From Spirochaetia bacterium (GTDB lineage Bacteria > Spirochaetota > Spirochaetia > CAKZLE01): a stretch of 64,000 bases of DNA. The stretch lies in contig OY782041.1 in assembly GCA_963677595.1 (NCBI GenBank), positions 1,408,001 through 1,472,000 on the forward strand, written 5' to 3'. Positions within the stretch are counted from its first letter, which is position 1; every line of letters begins with the position of its first letter. Shown here one piece after another: positions 19,794 through 27,630 of this stretch. The notes under the pieces were generated by a model. The model saw nothing but the letters and a program-made list of their open reading frames with translations. It did not search any database and was not told where the DNA came from. Both the position numbers and the translations under genes were made by a program.

Positions 19794-20885
19794 ATGATAA
19801 CAAAAGAGATCATACGACAGGTCCCGAAGGTTGAACTGCACGACCACCTTGACGGGGGCCTCAGGCCTGCGACCATCCTGGAACTGGCTGGTGAGTACGG
19901 GATCAGCCTCCCCGCATCGGATGAACATTCCCTGGAAGCATGGTTCCACCGGGGGGCGAAACAGAAGAGCCTCCCCCTCTATCTCGAGACCTTTGCGGTG
20001 ACCGTTGCCGTCATGCAGACGAAAGAGGCCCTGGAACGGGTCGCCTTCGAGGCCATTGAAGATCTCGCACGAGAGCATGTCGTCTATGCCGAGATCCGGT
20101 TCGCGCCGGTCCTGCACCAGGAAAAGGGCCTGAATACCGAGGACATCGTGTCATCGGTGCTCGCCGGGCTCGAGCGGGGCAGGAGAGCAACGGGGACCGA
20201 GTACGGCCTCATCCTCTGCGCCCTGCGCAGCCAGGATCCCAAGCTGTCACTCGATATTGCCGAACTGGCTGTTGCCTTCAGCGACCGGGGAGTCGTGGGC
20301 TTCGACCTGGCCGGGGATGAGAACGGGCACCCGCCCAAGAAGCACCTCGAGGCCTTCCAGTACATCCGGAACAGGAACTTCAACATCACGATCCACGCCG
20401 GGGAGGCGTTCGGCCTCGAGTCGATCTGGCAGGCGATCCAGACCTGCGGCTCCCACCGCATCGGCCACGGGACGCATCTGATCGAGGACATGACCGTACG
20501 GGGCACGAAGATCGAGAAACTCGGGACACTCGCCAACTTCATCCGCGACAAGCGGATCCCGCTCGAGATGTGCCTCTCGTCCAACATCGGGACCGGGGCT
20601 GCCAAGAACATCGATGAGCATCCCTTCAACATCTTCTACCGGAACCACTTCAGGGTCTTCCTCTGCACAGACAACCGGCTCATGAGCGATACCACACTGA
20701 CGAAGGAGATGGCCCTTGCGGCCGACCACTTCAGCCTCACGCTCCGGGACCTGGAGAAGATCACCCTCAATGCCATGAAATCGGCATTCGCACACCATGA
20801 TGAGAAGATCCGCCTCATCTATGACGTGATCAAGCGCGGCTATGCCGCGGTGCGGGATCAATATGAATACCACGGAGAGCTTTGA
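19794..20885 (+). CDS. add: Adenosine deaminase
   Basis: PKVELHDHLDG, YAEIRFAP, GFDLAGDE, TIHAGE, RIGHG, TDNRLMS. Confidence 0.93.
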   Translation: MITKEIIRQVPKVELHDHLDGGLRPATILELAGEYGISLPASDEHSLEAWFHRGAKQKSLPLYLETFAVTVAVMQTKEALERVAFEAIEDLAREHVVYAEIRFAPVLHQEKGLNTEDIVSSVLAGLERGRRATGTEYGLILCALRSQDPKLSLDIAELAVAFSDRGVVGFDLAGDENGHPPKKHLEAFQYIRNRNFNITIHAGEAFGLESIWQAIQTCGSHRIGHGTHLIEDMTVRGTKIEKLGTLANFIRDKRIPLEMCLSSNIGTGAAKNIDEHPFNIFYRNHFRVFLCTDNRLMSDTTLTKEMALAADHFSLTLRDLEKITLNAMKSAFAHHDEKIRLIYDVIKRGYAAVRDQYEYHGEL

Positions 20886-21757
20886 TGGACATACCTGCCG
20901 ATGTGATGAAGCAGCTGGAAGTCGACCAGCAGAACGAGATCGACGCCCATGAGATCTATACCAGGGCCGCAGCCCGCTGTAAGGACGAGGAGAACCGGAA
21001 GGTCCTCGAACATATCGCGGCCGATGAGCTCGCCCACTACACCATGCTCAAGAAGCACACCGGGAAGGAGATGCGCTTCCGCAGGAGGAAGGTTTTCTTC
21101 TTCCTCTTCATCACCTCCTTCTTCGGCCTAACCTTCGGGCTGAAGCTCTTAGAGAAGGCAGAGGACAATGCCGTGAACCTCGACTATGCCGGGCTTGATA
21201 CCTACATACCGGGGATCAAGAAGGTCATCGACCAGGAGGAGCGCCACGAGAAGGAGCTGCTCGCGATGATCAACGAGGAGCGCCTCTCCTACATGGGATC
21301 GATCGTCCTCGGGCTCAATGATGCGCTCGTCGAGCTGACCGGGACCCTCGCAGGCCTCTCCTTCGCCTTCCAGAACACGAGGATCATCGCCCTCTCGGGC
21401 CTGATCACGGGGATTGCGGCATCCTTCTCGATGGCTGCCTCCGAGTACCTCTCGACCAAGGCCGATAACGGCGATGATGCACTCAAGTCCTCCCTCTATA
21501 CCGGGGCGGCATACATCATCACGGTCTTCCTGCTGATCCTCCCCTACCTGCTGCTTGACAACTACCTCATCTGCCTGGCAGTGACCCTTACCGTGTCGGT
21601 GGCCATCATCTTCCTCTTCAACTACTATATATCGGTGGCGAAGGATTATAACTTCTCCAAGAGGTTCCTGGAGATGGCAGGGATCAGCCTCGGGGTCGCC
21701 GCTTTCTCGTTCGGCATCGGCGTACTGGTGAAGTACATCTTCGGGGTTGAGCTGTAG
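20885..21757 (+). CDS. Rubrerythrin-like / VIT1-CCC1 fusion (iron export or storage type)
   Basis: ExxH ferritin-like motifs (DELAH, EERH), then IVLGLNDALVE and SMAASEYLS. ATG overlaps the add stop (TGATG). Confidence 0.88.
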   Translation: MDIPADVMKQLEVDQQNEIDAHEIYTRAAARCKDEENRKVLEHIAADELAHYTMLKKHTGKEMRFRRRKVFFFLFITSFFGLTFGLKLLEKAEDNAVNLDYAGLDTYIPGIKKVIDQEERHEKELLAMINEERLSYMGSIVLGLNDALVELTGTLAGLSFAFQNTRIIALSGLITGIAASFSMAASEYLSTKADNGDDALKSSLYTGAAYIITVFLLILPYLLLDNYLICLAVTLTVSVAIIFLFNYYISVAKDYNFSKRFLEMAGISLGVAAFSFGIGVLVKYIFGVEL

Positions 21758-21758
21758 G

Positions 21759-23000
21759 CTAGATACAGGAGGCAGGGATCTGGATGATCCGCTCATGCAG
21801 CATCTTCACCTCGGTGTCGTTGTTGATCACGATACCGAGCGGGAGGTCCTGACTCTCCACGAAATACCTCAGGGACTTTAGCTGGCTGATGTCCGTCGAG
21901 CTTCCCGACTTGATCTCAATCGGCAGGGTGCCGAATCTCCCATCAAGGACCAGATCCACCTCGATACCGTTCTTTGTCCGGTAATAGTAATAGTCCCAGC
22001 CGCGGACCGGGGAGGCAGAGAGGCCCTTGATCAGTTCCTCTATGATGAACGACTCGAAATTCTGGCCGAAATTCGGCGACCTGAGCATCTTCTCCCGGGA
22101 GTCCACGGATGACAGGTAATGCAGGAGTCCGGTATCCCTCAGGATGCCCTTCGGCATCTTCGTAACGGACTTGACCCTGGTCTTCTCAAAGGAAGGGATC
22201 ATCCTCCAAATGAAGGTCTTGTGTGCGATCTCGAGATAGTCCCTGACTGTCACTTCACTGATATCGAGGGATCTCCCGACCTGGGCTTTGTTGATGATCG
22301 TGCCGGACAGTTCAGAGAGCATGGAGATGAACCGGCGATACCGGACCCTGTCGAGTTTCGGGAAGAGCCTTGAGATATCACGGGAGATATAGATCTGGAA
22401 ATAGAATTCCATCCATTCTTCCAGGAAGGTCTCATCTCCTTTGAGAACAGGACCAGGGAACCCGCCGCGCCGGCAGAGATCCAGGACATCGATGGTCCCC
22501 GAGATCGGCTGCAGACCGCGAAGGGAATCCAGCGTACCAGAAGAGAGCGGCTGCTCGAAGATCGTGTAGAATGGCGACAACGGGACTTCCAGCAGCTCGT
22601 TCATCTTGCAGGTACCAAGCTCAACGATCCCGATCCGACCTGCCAGACTGTCACTGGCGTGCTGGATCAACTCCGGGGAACTGGAGCCGGTCAGGATGAA
22701 GCGGTCAGTCCTGTCGCGGTCGTTGTCAATGACCCCCCTGAGATGCTTGAACAGTCGTGGAAATTCCTGGGCCTCATCTATGACGATCTCTGAATCGAAC
22801 TCCCGGAAGAAGAAGTCAAGGTCCGAGGTGATGAACTCGAAGTCCTTCGAATTCTCCAGGTCGAAGTAGTTCCAGGTCGGCCGCACCATCCTCGACAGGG
22901 TGGATTTCCCGCTCTGCCGTACCCCAAGGATAAGGACTACAGGGAACAGGGAAAGAAGGTGCTCGATCTTCTCCTGCTGGTTTCTCTTAATCAAAGACAT
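21759..23000 (-). CDS. AAA_14 ATPase with DUF4143 (second copy)
   Basis: GVRQSGKS, IVIDEAQ, ILTGSS, SLAGR, GGFP, DTGLL, EVDLVL...IEIKS. Confidence 0.88.
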   Translation of the reverse strand: MSLIKRNQQEKIEHLLSLFPVVLILGVRQSGKSTLSRMVRPTWNYFDLENSKDFEFITSDLDFFFREFDSEIVIDEAQEFPRLFKHLRGVIDNDRDRTDRFILTGSSSPELIQHASDSLAGRIGIVELGTCKMNELLEVPLSPFYTIFEQPLSSGTLDSLRGLQPISGTIDVLDLCRRGGFPGPVLKGDETFLEEWMEFYFQIYISRDISRLFPKLDRVRYRRFISMLSELSGTIINKAQVGRSLDISEVTVRDYLEIAHKTFIWRMIPSFEKTRVKSVTKMPKGILRDTGLLHYLSSVDSREKMLRSPNFGQNFESFIIEELIKGLSASPVRGWDYYYYRTKNGIEVDLVLDGRFGTLPIEIKSGSSTDISQLKSLRYFVESQDLPLGIVINNDTEVKMLHERIIQIPASCI

Positions 23001-23035
23001 ATCCTAATAATACCTTAGGATTTGTCTGCAGTCAA
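23001..23035 (-). promoter_or_regulatory. sigma70 promoter with inverted repeat over the -10 box
   Basis: Minus strand TTGACT-17-TATTAT-6-ATG; ATCCTAA-N7-TTAGGAT at 23001-23021. Confidence 0.68.
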
Positions 23036-23051
23036 GCTTGCTGTATGAACC

Positions 23052-23705
23052 TTAGCCCCAGGGGCCCCTCCTGTGTGTTCCCCGCCACTCATCGATCGGG
23101 TTGATCCGCAGCCTGACGAGCAGGTAAAGATAGGAGAAGGCGAAGCCGGCAAGGTGGGTGAAGTGGGCTACCCCTGAACGCATCGAAGTCACCTGGCTGA
23201 AGATCTCGATGGCCGTATAAATGACCACAAGGATCGGGGCCTGGATCGGGATGATGCCGAAGACGAAGATCCTCGCCTGGGGGAAATAGGCCGCGAAGGC
23301 GAGCAAGACGGCGAAGACCGCGCCTGAAGCCCCGAGCAGGATCACCCCGTACCCCCCGGTCGCCCAGTAGTAGAAGAACGAGAACAGCCCGGCTAGGAAA
23401 CCGGTCAGGAGGTAGAAGAGCAGGAACTCCTTCGAGCCCATCCTCCGCTCTACCTGCGTACCGAAGAAGAAGAGGCCGAGCATGTTGAAGAGGATGTGGC
23501 TGAAGTTGGAGTGGGCGAACATGTAGGTGAAGAACTGCCAGTAGTAGTGCTCCTGGAGGACGAGACCCGGGATCATGGAGAGGTAGACAAGCAGGTCCCT
23601 GCTGATATAGGTCAGCATGAACACTGCAGCGTTTATGAGTATGAGGTACAACGTCACATTACTGTAGCTGTACCGGAATCTTCTTTGTAGTATTGAGCCG
23701 TTCAT
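23052..23705 (-). CDS. Rhomboid intramembrane serine protease
   Basis: WQFFTYMFAH, HILFNM, GASG, AHFTHLAG. Confidence 0.93.
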   Translation of the reverse strand: MNGSILQRRFRYSYSNVTLYLILINAAVFMLTYISRDLLVYLSMIPGLVLQEHYYWQFFTYMFAHSNFSHILFNMLGLFFFGTQVERRMGSKEFLLFYLLTGFLAGLFSFFYYWATGGYGVILLGASGAVFAVLLAFAAYFPQARIFVFGIIPIQAPILVVIYTAIEIFSQVTSMRSGVAHFTHLAGFAFSYLYLLVRLRINPIDEWRGTHRRGPWG

Positions 23706-23751
23706 CTGTTAAACATAGATATTTTCTTCCGAACAGTCAAACAGATAATGC

Positions 23752-24792
23752 TCAGGAACGCCTGAACCGATCGATCATCGCCAGCAGTTCATCACGTGCG
23801 AGTGAGTCATCGAAGAGTTCACGGATCTCCGTTACCGACTCCTCGAGGAGCTCCATCGCCCGGGCTTCTGCCTGCTCGACGACCCCGCTTTCCATGAGGA
23901 GCCCGATGAGCCGTTCGACCTCGTCATGGGCCCGATCGATCCCTCGGGTTTTCGCAATAGAGAAGACCTCGAGCACCTCCGGCAGCCGGTCGGGATGCTG
24001 CTGCAGGAAGAGGATGACCGGGAGGCTCTTCTTGTTCTCCACGATGTCATCGCCCCGGTGCTTGCCGGGATTCCCCTCCCGTATATTGATCACGTCATCC
24101 TTGATCTGGAACCCGACCCCGATCTTCTCGGCCAGGACCCCTGCCCTTCGGATGACCGCCCCGTCATCGGTCGCCACGACGGCCCCGATCTCAGCGCTCA
24201 TGCCGGCAAGGCAGCCGGTCTTGAACCGGCACATCTGCTCATACTCCTCCGGATCGGGTATCAAGCCGGCATCCCGGTGCCAGGTGATGTCGAGCCCCTG
24301 GCCGAGATGGACGCGCCGCAGGTATTTCGCATAGACCTGGTAGACCTTCAGCTGCTTGTCTGCAGGCAGGCCGGAATCGTCTATGGCTGCCGTCGGCAGG
24401 TAGTAGAGCAGGTTCCCCGCATTGATCGATACATCCACCCCATGCGTGATATAAGCGGCAGGGGCGCCCCTGCGCACCTCCGATGAGTCCTCGATATCAT
24501 CGATGATGAGCGACCCATTGTGGGGCAGCTCCACCACGGGCGTCAGCCGGTATGCCTGCTGTGCGGCCTCCTCACCCCCGAGCATCTCGGCGATGAGTAC
24601 CATGAGCAGCGGTCTCCACCGCTTCCCGCCGGCACCAAGGAGATCCCGGGCAGGGAGGCAGAACCGGTCATAGGTCCCCGTCGTGGGGTTCTCCACCTTC
24701 GTCCCGGTGACCCAGTCGATCCAGGATGGGGTAACTGCCGCGGGGAGGACTCTCTCGAGTTCCTGTTCTATTCGTTCTAATCGGTCTTGCAT
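23752..24792 (-). CDS. Polyprenyl diphosphate synthase
   Basis: GGKRWRP, first Asp-rich motif IIDDIED...RRG, GQGLD, KTG, FQIKDD, DDIVENKKS. Confidence 0.92.
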   Translation of the reverse strand: MQDRLERIEQELERVLPAAVTPSWIDWVTGTKVENPTTGTYDRFCLPARDLLGAGGKRWRPLLMVLIAEMLGGEEAAQQAYRLTPVVELPHNGSLIIDDIEDSSEVRRGAPAAYITHGVDVSINAGNLLYYLPTAAIDDSGLPADKQLKVYQVYAKYLRRVHLGQGLDITWHRDAGLIPDPEEYEQMCRFKTGCLAGMSAEIGAVVATDDGAVIRRAGVLAEKIGVGFQIKDDVINIREGNPGKHRGDDIVENKKSLPVILFLQQHPDRLPEVLEVFSIAKTRGIDRAHDEVERLIGLLMESGVVEQAEARAMELLEESVTEIRELFDDSLARDELLAMIDRFRRS

Positions 24793-24930
24793 ACCGCAAG
24801 GATAGGTTCGAATACCTCAGCCTGTCAAGGAGACCGCGTAGAAATTTCACACTATCTCCACCCGGGGACAATGTTGCACATACCAGCCGATGATTACCCC
24901 CTCATAAGCCGGTTTTCCGGGTATAAAAGT

Positions 24931-24946
24931 TGGCACGGGCATTGCT
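24931..24946 (+). promoter_or_regulatory. sigma54 (-24/-12) promoter
   Basis: TGGCAC-GGGCA-TTGCT matches the TGGCAC-N5-TTGC consensus. Confidence 0.8.
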
Positions 24947-24955
24947 ATATACTTG

Positions 24956-25057
24956 GTGCAAAGCAGTTGATTTTTTCATACCTCCTCTATGTGTAGGCGG
25001 TTGATCCGGATCCCTCTCCCTCCCTCCCCTATTCCCGGATCAATCGCCACTTTTTTT
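24956..25057 (+). ncRNA. Candidate ~100-nt sigma54-dependent small RNA
   Basis: Bounded by the sigma54 promoter and a 14-bp stem (24996-25009 / 25035-25048) plus T7; no plausible ORF; anti-SD CATACCTCCT and a C/T-rich loop. Confidence 0.65.
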
Positions 25058-25087
25058 GTCCTGGCCACATGTGGTATACTCTAGTCC

Positions 25088-25690
25088 ATGGCAAAGAATA
25101 GAGAACAAGCTGATTTCTACACGAAGAAAGCGAAAAAAGAAGGGTATCCCGCCCGTTCCGTCTATAAACTCGAGGAGATCCAGCAGAAGTTCCGGGTGAT
25201 CAAGCCCGGGGATGCAGTCCTCGACATCGGGGCAGCACCGGGAAGCTGGACTCTCTACACCCATCGCGAGCTCATCAAGGGAACAGGATCGATCGTGGCG
25301 GTCGATCTCAAGCCGCTGGGACTCAACCCGGTCCCGCCGACGGTGACTGCCCTTACCGGGGATGCCTTCGGGGAGGATAACCTGCAGGAGATCACCGGAA
25401 GAGGACCCTATAACTGCATCATCAGCGATGCCGCACCAGCAACGACCGGGAACCGGTCGGTCGACACCCTGCGGTCCCAGGGGCTGGCAGAATCGGTGAT
25501 CGAGGTAGCAAGGCAGCAGCTCAAGCCCCACGGCAACCTGGTGATCAAGATCTTCCAGGGCGGCGGAGAACAGGATGTGATCAAGCTGATGCGGGAGTTC
25601 TTCACCAAGGTGAAGCCCATCAAGCCGAAAGCCTGCAGAAACGAGTCCTTCGAGGTCTTCCTCGTCGGGCTCGATCGTAAGGAGGAGTGA
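25088..25690 (+). CDS. rlmE: 23S rRNA Um2552 methyltransferase RlmE/FtsJ
   Basis: YPARSVYKL, LDIGAAPGSW, ISDAAP, VIKIFQG, KPKACRNESFE. Confidence 0.95.
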   Translation: MAKNREQADFYTKKAKKEGYPARSVYKLEEIQQKFRVIKPGDAVLDIGAAPGSWTLYTHRELIKGTGSIVAVDLKPLGLNPVPPTVTALTGDAFGEDNLQEITGRGPYNCIISDAAPATTGNRSVDTLRSQGLAESVIEVARQQLKPHGNLVIKIFQGGGEQDVIKLMREFFTKVKPIKPKACRNESFEVFLVGLDRKEE

Positions 25691-25691
25691 C

Positions 25692-26297
25692 ATGGGCAAG
25701 GAGAGGGCGTTGCTGATCGTGGACCTGCAGAATGATTTCTGCTTCGGGGGAGCACTCGAAGTACCGGGGGCTGACCAGATCGTGGACGTGGTGAACATGC
25801 TCCAGCGGGACTACTCCTGCATCATCGCGACCCAGGACTGGCACCCGGAGGGGCACTTCTCCTTCGCCTCGACCCATGAGGGCAAGGAGCCCTTCGAGAC
25901 GATCCCCTGGAGGGATGGGCTGCAGGTCCTCTGGCCCGATCACTGCACCGCCGGCACCGACGGGGCTGCCTTCCATCCCGACCTCGACACCGACGGCATC
26001 TGCCTCATCCTGAGGAAGGGCATGGACCCGCTCATCGACTCCTACTCCGCCTTCTTCGAGAACGACCATACCACCCCGACCGGCCTGGAGGGCTTGCTGA
26101 GGTCCCGGGGGATCACCTCCCTCGACATCTGCGGGCTGGCTACCGACTACTGTGTCCACTACACAGCCCTCGATGCACTGGCCTGCGGCTTCTCCGTACG
26201 TATCCTCATCGATGCGGTCCGGGGCCTCGACCAGCCGAAGGGATCCCTGGCAGAGAAACTGAGAAGTTTGGAGGCCCTTGGGGCCTCACTCGCATGA
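25692..26297 (+). CDS. pncA: Nicotinamidase/pyrazinamidase
   Basis: VDLQNDF, TQDWHP, LWPDHC, DSYSAF, GLATDYCV. Confidence 0.95.
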   Translation: MGKERALLIVDLQNDFCFGGALEVPGADQIVDVVNMLQRDYSCIIATQDWHPEGHFSFASTHEGKEPFETIPWRDGLQVLWPDHCTAGTDGAAFHPDLDTDGICLILRKGMDPLIDSYSAFFENDHTTPTGLEGLLRSRGITSLDICGLATDYCVHYTALDALACGFSVRILIDAVRGLDQPKGSLAEKLRSLEALGASLA

Positions 26298-26363
26298 GGA
26301 GCAGCAACTGTTGTACCCTGATAATTTTCTGCAACATTTTCACAGAAACCCGGGGTCGGCGTG

Positions 26364-26445
26364 TTGCATAAATATGTGGAAATAGGTACTATCCTACCAA
26401 TTTAAGTCGATGATAAACCGTAATTTCTGTATAAATATACAGAAA
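26364..26445 (+). promoter_or_regulatory. carAB promoter with ARG-box-like palindrome
   Basis: TTGCAT-17-TACTAT (26364-26392); TTTCTGTATA-AA-TATACAGAAA (26424-26445); a partial box TGCATAAATAT overlaps the -35. Confidence 0.6.
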
Positions 26446-26473
26446 ATATACAAAAACAAGGAAGGGTATCATA

Positions 26474-27622
26474 TTGAGTACTGCGTATCTGGTCCTGGCT
26501 GACGGGACGGTGTATCAAGGCAGCTCGTTCGGGGCTCCGCCGCTTACTGCACGTGACCTGACGGGGGAGACATCCACCGGCAGCGGTGAGGTCGTCTTCA
26601 ATACGAGCATGACCGGGTATCATGAGATCCTGACCGATCCCTCATACACCGGGCAGATCATCCTGATGACCTATCCCCACATCGGGAATTACGGCTCTCT
26701 AGACCAGTGGTCAGAGGGCGGTCCCGAGCAGGGAGAGCATATCACCCGGATCAAGTCCGCAGGACTCATCGTCCGGGACTACTATGAAGGGCCCATCCCC
26801 CCGGGGAGGGAGACCCTCGCCTCTTTCATGGCACGGGAAGGGATCCCGGGGATCTCGGGAATCGATACCCGGAAACTGACCCTCTCGATCCGCGATGAGG
26901 GAAGCCGGAACGGCATCATCATCGCTCCGGAGGGAACATCCCTCACGGAAGCGGAGTTCGGTACCGCGCTCGCCTGGCTGCGGGGACTTCCCTCGATGGA
27001 GGGGCAGAACCTCATCACCGAAGTGGGGACTGCCGAGACCTGCGTGATCAATGTGGAAGGCTCCTTCAGCATGGGGCTCATCGATTACGGGATCAAGGAC
27101 TCCATAATCCGGGAACTGACCAAACGGGATGTGAAGGTGACCCTCTTCCCCTCGGATGTCACGACAGCCGAGATAGAAACATCAGGCATCCAGGCACTCT
27201 TCCTCTCCAACGGCCCCGGGGACCCAGCGGTCCTCACGCCGCAGATCGAGCTGATCAGGGAGTGCATCGGTAAGATGCCCGTCTACGGGATCTGTCTCGG
27301 TCACCAGCTGATCGCCGAGGCGGTGGGGGCAAAGACCTTCAAGATGGCCTTCGGCCACCACGGCGGGAACCACCCGGTCAGGGATGAGGAGACGAAGAAG
27401 GTCTTCGTCACCTCCCAGAACCACGGGTTCGCAGTCGATCCCAAGAGCATGCCGGCCGACGTGAAGTGCTGGTTCGTCAATGCCAACGACGGTTCCGTCG
27501 AGGGGCTCAAGCACACGAAGCTCCCCGTCATGTCCGTCCAGTTCCATCCCGAGGCATCACCAGGGCCGCATGACGGCAGCTGGTTCTTCGATGCCGTATT
27601 AGCACAAGCGAAAGAGTCCTAG
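26474..27622 (+). CDS. carA: Carbamoyl-phosphate synthase small subunit
   Basis: [43 protein letters not shown]. Confidence 0.97.
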   Translation: MSTAYLVLADGTVYQGSSFGAPPLTARDLTGETSTGSGEVVFNTSMTGYHEILTDPSYTGQIILMTYPHIGNYGSLDQWSEGGPEQGEHITRIKSAGLIVRDYYEGPIPPGRETLASFMAREGIPGISGIDTRKLTLSIRDEGSRNGIIIAPEGTSLTEAEFGTALAWLRGLPSMEGQNLITEVGTAETCVINVEGSFSMGLIDYGIKDSIIRELTKRDVKVTLFPSDVTTAEIETSGIQALFLSNGPGDPAVLTPQIELIRECIGKMPVYGICLGHQLIAEAVGAKTFKMAFGHHGGNHPVRDEETKKVFVTSQNHGFAVDPKSMPADVKCWFVNANDGSVEGLKHTKLPVMSVQFHPEASPGPHDGSWFFDAVLAQAKES

Positions 27623-27630
27623 GAGGGGTT

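Noticed and set aside
24902-24979. Minus-strand 25-aa ORF MKKSTALHQVYSNARANFYTRKTGL after AGGAGGT
   Set aside because: SD-to-ATG spacing is about 1 nt, and the ORF is the reverse complement of the sigma54 promoter and the anti-SD sequence. The sRNA reading fits better, though the ORF is not excluded.
26427-26442. SOS (LexA) box upstream of carA
   Set aside because: That box type is proteobacterial, and the carAB context favours an ARG box.
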